64,000 nucleotides of DNA from assembly GCA_044341025.1 (NCBI GenBank), contig JBIISM010000013.1, positions 643-64,642 of the forward strand, in the 5' to 3' direction. The notes beneath the pieces are model-generated. The model did no database searches, had not been told where the DNA came from, and saw only the letters and a program-made list of their open reading frames with translations. A program made the position numbers and the translations under genes. Below, piece by piece: positions 35,618 to 46,534 of the stretch (position 1 is its first letter; each line of letters starts with the position of its first letter). The stretch is from Bacteroidia bacterium. Its GTDB lineage: Bacteria; Bacteroidota; Bacteroidia; NS11-12g; UBA955.

Positions 35618-36907
35618 TTGTTAGTCAGGACCGATTATAAACGCGTAAGAGAAATCGTTTTTCTAAAAGACGTAGGAGTCCTTGCTGTGTCTGCATTTGG
35701 CGGCCCAGAAATGCATATTAGTCTTTTTTTAAAGCATTTGGTTCAGGAAAAGAAATACCTGAGTGAAACAGATTTGTTGGAACTCAATAGCCTTTGTCAG
35801 ATATTGCCAGGGCCTTCATCAACGCAAACATTAACTGCGATTGCCTATAAAATTGGGGGACCAAGATTGGCTTTTTTAGCGTTGATGATTTGGATAATGC
35901 CAGCCACTCTGTTAATGTCTTTCTTTGTTCTATCAACCAGTTTTGTTAAACCACAAGTCTTTACATTTATCGGGCCTATGGCACTTGGGTTTATCGTCGT
36001 AGCGGCTTTTCAAATGTTTAAATTGCTAAAAAAGGACCGTCTTAATATTGGTCTCGCAATTTTGGCGGCTTTTTTGTCTTTTTGGTTTCATACGCCCGTT
36101 GCGTTCCCGGTCCTGCTTTTGGCTGGCGCTTTGGTAACCGTCAATTTTGGAAAAAAAGATTTCATTCCGAACAACAAACCTTTAATCAATATCCGTTGGG
36201 CCAATTTAAGTCTTATGTTTATGATCCTTATCACGGTTGCAGTTGTCGGATTGTACACCAAAACCAAATTTCCAATCTTCTCTCAACCCATCCGCCTGTT
36301 TGAAAATACCTACAGAATGGGTACAATGGTCTTTGGAGGTGGCAACGTATTGTACTCTATGATACTTACCGAGTTTGTTGAATTTAAACCAAAACAATAC
36401 CTGAGTTTAAGTGAATTTAATACGGGTTTGGGTCTCTTGCAGGCTGTTCCTGGACCAACATTTTCTTTAGCTACCTTCGCCAATGGCATGGCGATGAAAA
36501 ACCTTGGATATGGCTTCAATGGGCAACTTATTGGTTGTGCCATCGGTACTCTAGCGATTTTTTTACCGGGCACTTTGTTGATATTTTTCGTTTACCCAAT
36601 TTGGAGCCAAGTAAAAGAGTATCCAATTATTTATAGGTCCTTGGATGGGATTATTTCTGTGTCAATAGGGTTCATTTGGTCGGCTGCCCTTTTTATGCTT
36701 GTGCCGTATTTGAAATCTATAGCTATAGAATGTGCCTTATTTTTAGAATGCCAGAAAAAAGGCATCGATATGCACGGTATGACTGATCAATATCTTTCTC
36801 TTTTCGTTTTCATTATAACTTTGGTATATTTGCGTTACAAGAAACTACCAACTTTTCTGTTGGTAGTTGTAACTTTGTTGGCAGGTTATTTGTTGTATGC
36901 TGTTTAG
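35618..36907 (+). CDS. chrA: Chromate efflux transporter (long-chain CHR family)
   Basis: Two CHR halves: AFGGP...QILPGPSSTQ and VFGGG...QAVPGP. Confidence 0.92.
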   Translation: MLVRTDYKRVREIVFLKDVGVLAVSAFGGPEMHISLFLKHLVQEKKYLSETDLLELNSLCQILPGPSSTQTLTAIAYKIGGPRLAFLALMIWIMPATLLMSFFVLSTSFVKPQVFTFIGPMALGFIVVAAFQMFKLLKKDRLNIGLAILAAFLSFWFHTPVAFPVLLLAGALVTVNFGKKDFIPNNKPLINIRWANLSLMFMILITVAVVGLYTKTKFPIFSQPIRLFENTYRMGTMVFGGGNVLYSMILTEFVEFKPKQYLSLSEFNTGLGLLQAVPGPTFSLATFANGMAMKNLGYGFNGQLIGCAIGTLAIFLPGTLLIFFVYPIWSQVKEYPIIYRSLDGIISVSIGFIWSAALFMLVPYLKSIAIECALFLECQKKGIDMHGMTDQYLSLFVFIITLVYLRYKKLPTFLLVVVTLLAGYLLYAV

Positions 36908-36909
36908 AA

Positions 36910-37557
36910 ATGAATAAAAAAATTGGATTATATCTGTTCTTGCTTCTGCCGTTTTTTTCGGTTGCTCAAACGCAATTGCAAAGAGACAGTGGCCTAATAC
37001 AGTTTTCAGGTATTTTGCTTTCTTCGGATAGTATTTATCCAATCCCATTTGCCAATATTTTTGTTCAAAGAAAACCTTATGGAACCTATTCGAATTTAGA
37101 AGGTTATTTTTCTTTTGTAGCCCGCAAAGGCGATACCGTTATTTTCTCGCATGTCGAATTTAAACGTTCTATCTTCGTTATTCCAGATACACTAAAAGAC
37201 TATAAGTACAGTATTGTTAAGTTGATGACCCAAGATACGGTTTATTTCCCAGGCGTTATTATCATGCCAATGCCCAACCGAGCAACCTTCGACCATTTGT
37301 TTGTAACCAAAGAAATTCCAAATGATGATGTCCAAAGGGCTAAAAACAATATGGAGCGTGAAGAACTAAAGGAACAAGCTTTCTCCTTAGAAGGATCTGA
37401 TGCCTCTGAGGCATACAGGCAAATTACACGCATGTATGCCCAAAAGTCTTATTATGCTGGCGGACAAATTCCTCCAATGAATATTTTAAATCCTTTCGCT
37501 TGGGCACAGTTTTTTGAAGCATGGAAGCGTGGCGATTTTAAACGCAAAAGCCGTTAA
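36910..37557 (+). CDS. Carboxypeptidase-like regulatory-domain protein
   Basis: QFSGILL...PIPFANI...SNLEGYFS...GDTVIFS; C-terminal NILNPFAWAQF. Confidence 0.75.
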   Translation: MNKKIGLYLFLLLPFFSVAQTQLQRDSGLIQFSGILLSSDSIYPIPFANIFVQRKPYGTYSNLEGYFSFVARKGDTVIFSHVEFKRSIFVIPDTLKDYKYSIVKLMTQDTVYFPGVIIMPMPNRATFDHLFVTKEIPNDDVQRAKNNMEREELKEQAFSLEGSDASEAYRQITRMYAQKSYYAGGQIPPMNILNPFAWAQFFEAWKRGDFKRKSR

Positions 37558-37639
37558 TTTAAAAACAAGTTGTATCAACTCCAATAGGGAGGAGGCCAAT
37601 AGAGCTATTCCGCAGAAGAAAATTTACGAATTTTGAGCT

Positions 37640-38761
37640 TTAGTAATTGTTAAGCATCATTGGCATCACCAACATCACCACTTCTTCGTCTGCTTCGTTT
37701 TCTGCAGGAACCAAAAGACCGGCGCGGTTGGGTGTAGACAATTTCAATTTAACAGAATCGTGGTCAACATTTGACAACAACTCCAATAAGAAACGAGAGT
37801 TGAATCCAATTTCAATGTCTTCTCCATCGTATTCGCAAGCGCGTTTTTCGTTTGCTTCGTTTGCTAATTCTATATCTTCTGCACTAGCAGCCAATTCATT
37901 GCCGGTAATTTTGATTCTGATTTGGTGCGTGGTTTTGTTTGAGAAGTTTGCAACACGTTTAACCGTTTCCAAAAAGTCAATTCGGTTGATCCCAACAATA
38001 TTGTTGTTGTCTTGAGGAATTACGGCTTTGTAGTCAGGGTACTTTTCGTCGATTAAACGGCAAGACAATTTCAAATTATTGCTGGTAAAGAATACATTTG
38101 ATTTGTTGAAATCAATTTGTATTGGCGTTACATCATTGCTCAATGAAGATTTCAATAAGTTAAGCGCTTTTTTAGGCAAGATAAACGTATGCTCCATGCC
38201 AGGTTTAATGTCGTGGCGGGTTAGCTTAACCAAGCGGTTTGCATCTGTTGCCACAAAATTTATACTGTCATTGTAGAGTTCTACAAATACGCCTGTGAGG
38301 TTTAATCTTAAATCGTCGTTGCCAGTTGCAAATAAAGTTTTACTAATGCACCTTAACAATACATTTGAAGGCATAGAAAATGCACTTTCAGACTCAATTT
38401 CTGGAACTTTAGGGAAATCAGTGCCACTTTGGCCAGCCAATTTGTATCGGCCATTGGCAGTACCTAATTCAATGCCGAAGGTTTCTTCATTAACTGTAAA
38501 GGTAATTGGTTGATCGTTCAACATTTTTACCGTGTCAATTAACAACCTAGATGGTATTGCTACTAAGATGTCGTCTTTTGATTCAACTTTCAATGAAGTA
38601 GACATAGAGGTCTCTAAATCGGTAGTTGAAATGGTAAGCGTACCACTTTTTATGTCAAATAAGAAGTTATCAAGTATAGGTAATACAGGCTTCGATACGA
38701 TTGCCCCGCTAACTTTACTTAAGTGCTCTAATAATTCTGGTGCTGCTACAATAAATTTCAT
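37640..38761 (-). CDS. dnaN: DNA polymerase III beta clamp
   Basis: LPILDNFLF, TDLET, ATDANRL, IGFNSRFL and MLVMPMM motifs. Confidence 0.98.
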   Translation of the reverse strand: MKFIVAAPELLEHLSKVSGAIVSKPVLPILDNFLFDIKSGTLTISTTDLETSMSTSLKVESKDDILVAIPSRLLIDTVKMLNDQPITFTVNEETFGIELGTANGRYKLAGQSGTDFPKVPEIESESAFSMPSNVLLRCISKTLFATGNDDLRLNLTGVFVELYNDSINFVATDANRLVKLTRHDIKPGMEHTFILPKKALNLLKSSLSNDVTPIQIDFNKSNVFFTSNNLKLSCRLIDEKYPDYKAVIPQDNNNIVGINRIDFLETVKRVANFSNKTTHQIRIKITGNELAASAEDIELANEANEKRACEYDGEDIEIGFNSRFLLELLSNVDHDSVKLKLSTPNRAGLLVPAENEADEEVVMLVMPMMLNNY

Positions 38762-38853
38762 ACTAATTTAAGACTTTTTTATCTGATTGCGAAAGTAACA
38801 ACACGCTTGCAGGGTATATTCACATAATGATCTTTTTTATTCACAAAATAGCC

Positions 38854-40254
38854 TTACATATCAAAGATTTTGCCAGGATTTAAAATTAAATTGGGGTCAA
38901 AGCTTCGTTTGATTCCGCGCATGATCTCAAATTGGGCCTCACTAAAAACAATATCTAAATATGGTTTTTGAACCAATCCAATTCCATGCTCTCCGCTAAT
39001 GGTGCCGCCATACTTTTTACACAAGTCAAAAATTTGTCTAATGGCAATTGGTAGAACTTTTTCCCATAATTCATCGGCCAAATCGTTTTTTAAAATATTG
39101 ACATGTAAATTTCCGTCCCCAGCATGCCCATAACAAACGGTCTCAAAACCATATTCTTCACTAATTTTACTTACACCATCGTATAAGTCGGGTAAATACG
39201 ATCTTGTTACAACGGTATCTTCTTCTTTGTAAATGGAGTGTTGTTTTACTACTTCTCCAATCGATCTTCTGATTTTCCAAAATTTCTCCTTGGTCTCGCT
39301 GTCGTCCGCCATCAATACATTTAAAACCGCATGCGCTTCCAAGGCTTCATAGATCTTTTCACATTGTGGCATCAATTCCCCTTCGTTGAAAGCATCAACT
39401 TCTATCAATAAGTAGGCCTTTTCTTCACCCATTTCAAATGCAATATTGTTCTTTTGAGTCGACAACTGAACGCCTTTTCTGTCCATAAATTCAATGGCCG
39501 AAGCCTGAACACCCGCCGCAAATATGGCCGGTACCGTTGCACAAGCTTCTCGAGCATTGTTAAAACTGGCAAGCATTAAAGACCTATATGGAGGATATGG
39601 AATTAGTTTCAATGTTATTTTACAAACGATACCCAAAGTGCCTTCACTCCCTACCATTAATTGGGTTAAATGGTAACCGGTCGAGTTCTTTAAAACATTA
39701 GCTCCACTTTGTATAATCTCACCATTGGCCAACACCACTTCTAAATTTAAAACATAGTCTTTGGTGGTGCCGTATTTAACGCAGCGAGGACCACCACTGC
39801 TGTGGGCAACGTTTCCGCCTAAGGTGCAACTGCCTTTGCTCGCAGGATCTGGAGGGTAAAACAAGCCCAGTGCTTGGACTGCATTTTGCAAATCTTCATT
39901 AATTACCCCTGCTTCAACAACTGCTTGGTGATTTGCTGTGTCAATTTCTAGTATACGGTTCATTTTTTCAAAACCCAATACCACCCCGCCTTCAATTGGC
40001 AAACAACCGCCACTTAATCCTGTGCCTGCGCCCCTACAGGTTAAAGCGATGAGGTGCTCATTGCAATACCTGGCAATTTTTGAAACCATTTGAGTATTGC
40101 TTGGCAATAAGACCAATTCGGGGGTAAAACATAAATCTTCAGTATAGTCGCGGCCATAAAGTTCTAGAGATTCTAGGTCGGTTTTGTAATTACCTTCCCC
40201 TACAATTTGACAGAGTGCATCTGCCATGGTTTTATCAATGCGGGTATAGCCCAT
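38854..40254 (-). CDS. FAD-linked oxidase (GlcD-like)
   Basis: RGAGTGLSGG, PDPAS, GSEGTLG, GHAGDGNLH and SGEHGIG motifs. Confidence 0.92.
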   Translation of the reverse strand: MGYTRIDKTMADALCQIVGEGNYKTDLESLELYGRDYTEDLCFTPELVLLPSNTQMVSKIARYCNEHLIALTCRGAGTGLSGGCLPIEGGVVLGFEKMNRILEIDTANHQAVVEAGVINEDLQNAVQALGLFYPPDPASKGSCTLGGNVAHSSGGPRCVKYGTTKDYVLNLEVVLANGEIIQSGANVLKNSTGYHLTQLMVGSEGTLGIVCKITLKLIPYPPYRSLMLASFNNAREACATVPAIFAAGVQASAIEFMDRKGVQLSTQKNNIAFEMGEEKAYLLIEVDAFNEGELMPQCEKIYEALEAHAVLNVLMADDSETKEKFWKIRRSIGEVVKQHSIYKEEDTVVTRSYLPDLYDGVSKISEEYGFETVCYGHAGDGNLHVNILKNDLADELWEKVLPIAIRQIFDLCKKYGGTISGEHGIGLVQKPYLDIVFSEAQFEIMRGIKRSFDPNLILNPGKIFDM

Positions 40255-40317
40255 GCTGCGAAAATAGTGTTTAGATTTTGAAGTTTTTTCTGAGAGTGGT
40301 CTGGGTTTACAAAAAAG

Positions 40318-40920
40318 TTACGCGATTTCTTTTTGGTAATCTTCTGAAGCTATTTGCAATACTTGCTTGCATTCAGCTGCGCCATATACATCGGTAATTA
40401 AAACTTTGTTTTCTTGACTCTGTGGGTCTAGTTTATAGGTTTTGAAATAATGCAACAAGCGTTGTAAAATAGCCTCTGGTAATTCAGATATGTCAAGCAT
40501 ATGCCCGTACATGAGGTCGTCTTTTAAGACAGCAATGATTTTATCATCTGCCTCGTGTTTATCAATCATCCTCAAGCCACCAATTGGAATGCATTGCAAT
40601 AAGATGTTGTGGTTTTGAATCGGTCGCTCACTCAATACGCAAATGTCTAATGGGTCTCCATCGCCTTTAACTTCAGTGAGTCCTGATTTTTCCATGCAAA
40701 AATTTGCGATTTCTTTGCCACAATAAGTCTGAGGAACAAAGCCATAAAGAGCAGGGCAGAGGTTGCTGAATTTTTGAGGGCGGTCTATTTTCAACAAACC
40801 ACTCTCTTTATCCAATTCGTATTTGACGGTGTCAAACGGCGTTATTTCTACGTAGACATTGATAATGTCAGGAAAAGATGCACCTTTTGAAACACCGTGC
40901 CAAGGATGTGCAGTTTTCAA
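40318..40920 (-). CDS. ppa: Inorganic pyrophosphatase (family I)
   Basis: HPWHG, KYELDK and DGDPLD...DDKII motifs. Confidence 0.95.
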   Translation of the reverse strand: MKTAHPWHGVSKGASFPDIINVYVEITPFDTVKYELDKESGLLKIDRPQKFSNLCPALYGFVPQTYCGKEIANFCMEKSGLTEVKGDGDPLDICVLSERPIQNHNILLQCIPIGGLRMIDKHEADDKIIAVLKDDLMYGHMLDISELPEAILQRLLHYFKTYKLDPQSQENKVLITDVYGAAECKQVLQIASEDYQKEIA

Positions 40921-40925
40921 GGCGC

Positions 40926-41417
40926 TTATTTTTTAAAGAATATAACTGCTGGACTGCCATTGTAATCAACAGAAAGCTTTAGCAAAGCATCCTCTAAAGT
41001 TACAACAGTTGCTGTGTCAGTGAGTCCAAGCACAGTTCCTATTAATTTTTTCTTTCCATCGTAAAACGCCCAATAGGTAGCCGTTGAATCAGGGTTGCCA
41101 GAACAGATGTTCCCGTTCTCATATTGCATTAAGGTGCTGTCTTTGTAAAATCTATAAGTGTCGTCTTGTTGGCAAGCTGGAACTGCTAAGTTGTATAAAT
41201 CCAAACCACTTACCTCAACACGGTATATTTTCCATGGCGCTGAAGTAATTCTTTTCATTTCAAGATCTTCTTGAACAACTGGTGGAATTGTAGGTGGAGC
41301 AGTTTCTTTTTTGCATGAAGCCGCCCAAAAACCAACAAGTGTAATGACAATAAATGCCTTTTTCATATTATGGGTGGATAAAGCTAATGGTAGCTGGAAC
41401 ACTGCTGTATTCGGCAT
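40926..41417 (-). CDS. Lipocalin-like lipoprotein (true start probably MKKAF at about 41366)
   Basis: Lipobox AASC; W..VS...CQQDD.Y.F motif shared with the upstream paralog. Confidence 0.65.
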   Translation of the reverse strand: MPNTAVFQLPLALSTHNMKKAFIVITLVGFWAASCKKETAPPTIPPVVQEDLEMKRITSAPWKIYRVEVSGLDLYNLAVPACQQDDTYRFYKDSTLMQYENGNICSGNPDSTATYWAFYDGKKKLIGTVLGLTDTATVVTLEDALLKLSVDYNGSPAVIFFKK

Positions 41418-41841
41418 TGATTTTTAAAAGCGTTTCGCTCAATTCAACAATGTCTGCGGTATCATTTAAAATATTGGTGCTGGTAAGCTTCACATTTAAA
41501 ATCAATTGGGTATTGTTGTTGTAAAACTTGTAAATGCTTACACTTGAATCCGGGTCAGTAGGACTGCATTTACTCTTCATGTCATACAATGACAATGAAT
41601 CGTCGGTTCTGAAGCGGTATTGGTTGTCTTTGTTGCACGCTTCAACTAAGAAGGTTCCCCAGATGTCAGTGCCACTGCTTACCAAACTAGAAACTTTCCA
41701 GTTTTTTTGAGTTAATAATTCTAATTTGGTCTTACTGCTTCCTCCATTGTTGTTGTTGTTATTGTCTACTTCGGTTTTTTTACAAGAAAAAATGAAGACT
41801 GTTGCAGCGCTGAATAAGATAATTGGCTTTAATAATTTCAT
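41368..41841 (-). CDS. Lipocalin-like lipoprotein
   Basis: Lipobox IFSC; KLELLT.KNWK...CNKDNQYRF. Confidence 0.7.
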   Translation of the reverse strand: MKLLKPIILFSAATVFIFSCKKTEVDNNNNNNGGSSKTKLELLTQKNWKVSSLVSSGTDIWGTFLVEACNKDNQYRFRTDDSLSLYDMKSKCSPTDPDSSVSIYKFYNNNTQLILNVKLTSTNILNDTADIVELSETLLKINAEYSSVPATISFIHP

Positions 41842-41876
41842 AATAGAAAAGCAAATGTAAATTATTTTGGCTTATT

Positions 41877-42617
41877 TTGCAAGTTCATAAAATGGCTTGG
41901 TTTAAAGATTGGTTCAACACCTCATACTATCATACCCTGTATGGTCAAAGAGACGATAATGAGGCGAAATTATTTATCAATAATTTACTCAATTTTCTAA
42001 ATCCTCACGAAGGTGCAAGGTTTTTAGATTTGGCCTGCGGTAAGGGACGGCACTCTTTTGATCTGTGCAGCCATGGTTACTCTGTATGTGGCGTCGACCT
42101 CAGCACAGAGAGTATTGCAGAGGCTAAAAAACTAGAAAATGCGCATCTTGAATTTGATGTTCACGACATGCGCAAGCCTTATAAACAGGCCTACTTCGAT
42201 TACGTCTGCAATTTGTTTACCAGCTTCGGGTACTTCGATAAGCAAGAAGATAATCTCTTGACTTTATCTGCCGTATGCCAAGACCTAAAACCCAAAGGTA
42301 TTTTTGTGCAAGACTTCTTTAATGCCCATAAGGTTCGGAAGAATTTAATGCCCTATGAACTTAAAAGTGTAGATGGAATTGATTTTGAAATTACCAAAGA
42401 AATTATAGACAAACGGGTCATTAAAACCATTCGATTTAAAGACCAAAATGAAGATTTTGAATTTCAGGAGAAAGTAAGTCTTTTTGATTTGGAAGATTTT
42501 ATAGCCATGTACAAAGAATCTGGCCTAGATTTGTTGCATTGTTTTGGCGATTATCAACTAAATCCATTTGACTCTGAAACTTCCGACCGTCTTATATTAA
42601 TTGTACACAAACCATGA
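41877..42617 (+). CDS. Class I SAM-dependent methyltransferase
   Basis: WFKDWFN..YYH, LDLACGKGRH and NLFTSFGYF motifs. Confidence 0.92.
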   Translation: MQVHKMAWFKDWFNTSYYHTLYGQRDDNEAKLFINNLLNFLNPHEGARFLDLACGKGRHSFDLCSHGYSVCGVDLSTESIAEAKKLENAHLEFDVHDMRKPYKQAYFDYVCNLFTSFGYFDKQEDNLLTLSAVCQDLKPKGIFVQDFFNAHKVRKNLMPYELKSVDGIDFEITKEIIDKRVIKTIRFKDQNEDFEFQEKVSLFDLEDFIAMYKESGLDLLHCFGDYQLNPFDSETSDRLILIVHKP

Positions 42618-43177
42618 GCAACGCGTTCGATACCTATTTCTACCAGCTAATCAACCAAACGCTCAGCGCTGAATGGCTTGATGTTATAATGGTCCGTTTC
42701 TCTGATAAGTTGTTTTGGACCCCTTTGTACGCCTTGTGCATCTATTTTATGGTCAAAGAGTTTGGTAAGAAAACTTGGCTGATTTTACTTTTTCTATTGA
42801 TTGCTGTGGCGGCATCCGACCGCTTTACGAGTGGTTTTATGAAGCCTTATTTTGGCCGTGTAAGGCCTTGCCATGAACTTACTTTAACGCCTCGTATACC
42901 GGAAGGTGTGTCATGCAGCGAAACCGGAAGCATGGCGTCTTCTCATGCAGCCAATCACTTTGCTTTTGCTGTTTTTATGGTCTTCTTATATGGGATTAAA
43001 AAACGTTCAAGTGCCATTTTTTGGTTGTTATGGGCAAGCGTTATAGCCTATAGCCGCGTATACAATGGAGTGCACTATCCAAGCGATGTGCTTGTTGGTG
43101 GATTCATTGGCGCTTTGTTTGGCTTTTTGTGTTTTAAATTTTATAAGTTCTCCCTTCTTAAACTAAAATGGAATTGA
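42614..43177 (+). CDS. PAP2 family phosphatase
   Basis: K..FGRVRPC, SSHAAN and SRVYNGVHYPSD motifs. Confidence 0.92.
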   Translation: MSNAFDTYFYQLINQTLSAEWLDVIMVRFSDKLFWTPLYALCIYFMVKEFGKKTWLILLFLLIAVAASDRFTSGFMKPYFGRVRPCHELTLTPRIPEGVSCSETGSMASSHAANHFAFAVFMVFLYGIKKRSSAIFWLLWASVIAYSRVYNGVHYPSDVLVGGFIGALFGFLCFKFYKFSLLKLKWN

Positions 43178-43890
43178 TTTTACCTCTACTTGTTCTCTTG
43201 TCTGGTCCTCTTTTGGGTATCGTCTTGCAAAGGGTGCTAAAAGTGCATTCGCACAAGTTTATTTCCCATACGGTTGTCTTTAGCGGCTCGTTTTTGATGG
43301 GTATTGCTATTTTTGGATTAATGCCAGAATTGTTCGATAATTTTAAGACGGCAGGACTTTGGATTGTTTTTGGTTTCCTCTTTCAAATCTTTTTAGAACG
43401 TTTTACAGGTGGCTTAGGTCATGGCCACATCCATAGCCATGATGTGCCCAAAAGTGAACTTGTGCTCTTTACAGGGTTAATGGTGCACGCACTATTAGAA
43501 GGTTATTCTGCAGGTTTGAGCAACTATCTAAATCCCGGAGTTATCAGCGGTATGATTGGTGGAATAGCCATTCACGAAATTCCTGCAGCATTCTCTTTGT
43601 CGGTTTTGATGCATTCTAAATGGCAAAAATCAGGTCATGTTTACTTGTTTTTAATCCTTTATATATTTGCCACTCCACTTGGTTATACTGCAGGCGTATA
43701 TGTGCACAATGCCAATATCATTTCCGAGAATCTTTCTCAAATAATAACAGCAATTATTGCCGGAACTTTCTTACACATTAGCACCACCATCGTATTTGAA
43801 AATTCATTGCGAAAAAAAGAGGGCCTCAGTAAATGGGCCCTCATATTGTCTGGTTTGGGAATTTCTTATTTGGCTTGCTGGATCGGTTGA
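43168..43890 (+). CDS. ZIP family metal transporter
   Basis: HGHIHSH loop, HALLEG and HEIPAAF motifs. Confidence 0.9.
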   Translation: MELILPLLVLLSGPLLGIVLQRVLKVHSHKFISHTVVFSGSFLMGIAIFGLMPELFDNFKTAGLWIVFGFLFQIFLERFTGGLGHGHIHSHDVPKSELVLFTGLMVHALLEGYSAGLSNYLNPGVISGMIGGIAIHEIPAAFSLSVLMHSKWQKSGHVYLFLILYIFATPLGYTAGVYVHNANIISENLSQIITAIIAGTFLHISTTIVFENSLRKKEGLSKWALILSGLGISYLACWIG

Positions 43891-44732
43891 GCAGGATGTG
43901 CCAAATGGTATGCGTATAAAGACTGTATAGGCTGCTTGATAATTGTACCTATATTGACTTTAAACTCTTTTGCAACCATACGCAATTGTTTCTCATAGAT
44001 AAAGGCAATTGATCCCACAAAATTAACTGGAACCGTTTTGTGCTTGCTGTATTTTACAATGTGGGTGCTGAAAAATTCTCTAAATGAAGCTAAGACAATT
44101 GATTCGATGTATTTGAAATTGATGTTGTCGCCTATGAATTTTGCGTATGAAGCCATATAGGTATTGCCCGCTTTCCCATATACTTTATCGACGATTTGGT
44201 CTTTACTTTCATGGCAAGATTCAAAAAACAATCGGATGTTAATGGGCATATCATTATAGAAATATGCTTTTAATAGCAGTTTACCCATATGCATTCCACT
44301 GCCTTCATCCCCAAGTATAAAACCTAAACCAAAAGTTGGAATTTGAGGTACTAGAGATTTGCCTCCCCAGTAACATGCATTGCTTCCTGTACCAAGTATG
44401 CAGGCGATACCTTCTTTGTTCCCACAAGTGGCAATCGCTGCGCCATCTAGGTCGTGCGTTACATGTATAACTGCATCTGTGAATACTTCGCTTAAGGCTT
44501 GTCTTACAGTGTCTTTATGTGCTTCGCTTGCACAACCTGCGCCATAATAATAAACATGTGTGAATTTGCTTAATGTATGGTCCTTGAACGTTTTTTTAAT
44601 TTCTTTGGCAATAAATTCTTTTTTGTGAAAAAAAGGATTGAAACCCATGCTTTCAATGATTCTGGGCGTTTTGGTAATGCCCATATACATCCAATCGCAT
44701 TTTGTACTGCCGCTGTCTGCTACAAGTATCAT
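43866..44732 (-). CDS. BadF/BadG-family kinase (N-acetylglucosamine-kinase-like)
   Basis: LVADSGSTKCDW, GIACILGTGSN and LGDEGSG motifs. Confidence 0.9.
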   Translation of the reverse strand: MILVADSGSTKCDWMYMGITKTPRIIESMGFNPFFHKKEFIAKEIKKTFKDHTLSKFTHVYYYGAGCASEAHKDTVRQALSEVFTDAVIHVTHDLDGAAIATCGNKEGIACILGTGSNACYWGGKSLVPQIPTFGLGFILGDEGSGMHMGKLLLKAYFYNDMPINIRLFFESCHESKDQIVDKVYGKAGNTYMASYAKFIGDNINFKYIESIVLASFREFFSTHIVKYSKHKTVPVNFVGSIAFIYEKQLRMVAKEFKVNIGTIIKQPIQSLYAYHLAHPAQPIQQAK

Positions 44733-44749
44733 AATCTATTGCAATAAAA

Positions 44750-45637
44750 TTAGTTAAACACACCGTCCATAATAACACCAGTTTCGTTGCTGTTGATACA
44801 CATTACAGGAACTTTGCCGCTATGGTTAACAATTTGTTGCGCGTAACTGCCCAATAAAAACTCATTAAAACCTTTTTCTTGTTGGGTCATTATCATAATC
44901 AAATCTGCATTGACTTCTGCAGCGTATGCTAAAGTGTCCTCAGCAAAGCTGTCAGGATATTTTTCTTCATCCAGGCCGCGCAAGATGTAATTTGCATTGT
45001 TTTCGGATAAAATATCTTGCGTTTGATTTACGGCTGCAAAAATTCTGCCTTTTACCTCCGGGTTGCTAGAGTTTTCATAAATCACATGAATAAGGCTGTT
45101 GAAGCGTTTTGCTAAATGGATCGCCCAAGTTACTTTTTGTCTACTTTCTCTTGATAAGTCAATGGGTAAAATGATCTTCTCATAGCCGTTTTTACTAATA
45201 GATTGATCTTTCACAACAACAACTGGAACTTTAGCGTAGTTAATTACTCGGCTCGCATTGCTGCCTGTAATTTGCTGTAATCCGCTTGCGCCATTTGTGC
45301 CCATAACAATGCTGTCAAAGTTTTCTTTCGCTGCAATTTCAGTAATTACTTTGTATATTTTACCTGTTTCAAAACGTTTGTTAATCTTAACATTAGGAAA
45401 TGAACTAGCTGATTCTACAATCAATTTATCCATTTTCATATCAACGGCTTCATGGATTAAACCCATTTTTTCATCTGAGACAAATAATCCATATAGTCCG
45501 CCTTCGTCTTGTATGTTTAAGAGGGTAATTTCATTTTTATAAACATCCGCAATTTTTAATGCATGTCCTAAAGCATTGTGCGCAATTTCCGAAAAATCTG
45601 TAGGAACTAAAATGTTGTTGTTGTTGTTTCGATTCAT
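44750..45637 (-). CDS. Tandem-domain universal stress protein
   Basis: ILVPTDFS and IVMGTNG...GSNA..V motifs. Confidence 0.9.
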   Translation of the reverse strand: MNRNNNNNILVPTDFSEIAHNALGHALKIADVYKNEITLLNIQDEGGLYGLFVSDEKMGLIHEAVDMKMDKLIVESASSFPNVKINKRFETGKIYKVITEIAAKENFDSIVMGTNGASGLQQITGSNASRVINYAKVPVVVVKDQSISKNGYEKIILPIDLSRESRQKVTWAIHLAKRFNSLIHVIYENSSNPEVKGRIFAAVNQTQDILSENNANYILRGLDEEKYPDSFAEDTLAYAAEVNADLIMIMTQQEKGFNEFLLGSYAQQIVNHSGKVPVMCINSNETGVIMDGVFN

Positions 45638-45671
45638 AATGAGGGAATATGTTTGTTTTTAAATGTTTTGT

Positions 45672-46379
45672 TTAAGCTATATTCGAATAAACGCTTTGCA
45701 CGTCTTCGTCATCTTCTAATTTGTCTATTAAATTCTCAACTTGCTCTTTTTCTTCATCACTCAAATTGATTAAGCTTGTCGGCATTCTTTGCAATTCAGC
45801 ACTTACCAATACCAATCCTCTGCTTTCAAGTGCTTTTTGCATTGACCCAAAGTTTTCAAATGAAGTGGTAATAACCATTTCACCGTCTTCAACTTCAATC
45901 TCTTCAAGACCTGAATCAATTAATTCAAATTCTAATTCTTCAGGATTTATACCTTCGGTTTTAATTACAAACACACTCTTGCGTTCAAAAGCAAAATCTA
46001 AACTACCGGATTTGCCCAATTCTCCACCACCTCTATTCAGATGCATACGGATATTAGCAACTGTGCGCGTAGGATTGTCAGTTGCCGTTTCAATGATTAA
46101 GCCAACGCCTTTCATGCACATTGCTTCGTAGGCAATCTCTTCATAGCTGCTGGTGTCTTTGCCTAAAGACCTTTTGATGGCAGCATCAATTCGGTCTTTG
46201 GGCATATTTTGACTTTTTGCATTGGCAATTACAACCCTTAATTTGGCATTTGATTCCGGATCTGGTCCACCCGATTTGATGGCAATGGCTATTTCCTTGC
46301 CATATTTCGTGAATGTTTTCGACATCTTGTCGAAACGCGCGAACATTTTATGTTTTCTTTTTTCGAATACTCTTCCCAT
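45672..46379 (-). CDS. yebC: YebC/PmpR family protein
   Basis: MGRVFEKRK, GGPDPESN..L, NMPKDRID.AI and TDNPTRT motifs. Confidence 0.95.
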   Translation of the reverse strand: MGRVFEKRKHKMFARFDKMSKTFTKYGKEIAIAIKSGGPDPESNAKLRVVIANAKSQNMPKDRIDAAIKRSLGKDTSSYEEIAYEAMCMKGVGLIIETATDNPTRTVANIRMHLNRGGGELGKSGSLDFAFERKSVFVIKTEGINPEELEFELIDSGLEEIEVEDGEMVITTSFENFGSMQKALESRGLVLVSAELQRMPTSLINLSDEEKEQVENLIDKLEDDEDVQSVYSNIA

Positions 46380-46534
46380 ACAGAGGTAAATAAATAGCTC
46401 CGCAAAGTTAAATATTTATATCAAAATCTAAACAAATAAAATAGGATTATTATCAGTTTGATATTAAATAGAAAAAGCGTAAGAAATTAATAATTAATTA
46501 TTTGGCTAATTAACCTTGCGTTTTTGCTTTGCAA

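Noticed and set aside
41746-41765. (TTG)n poly-Asn tracts here and at about 45613-45628 as phase-variation repeats
   Set aside because: They are short, in-frame triplets in linker or N-terminal regions and would not cause frameshifts.
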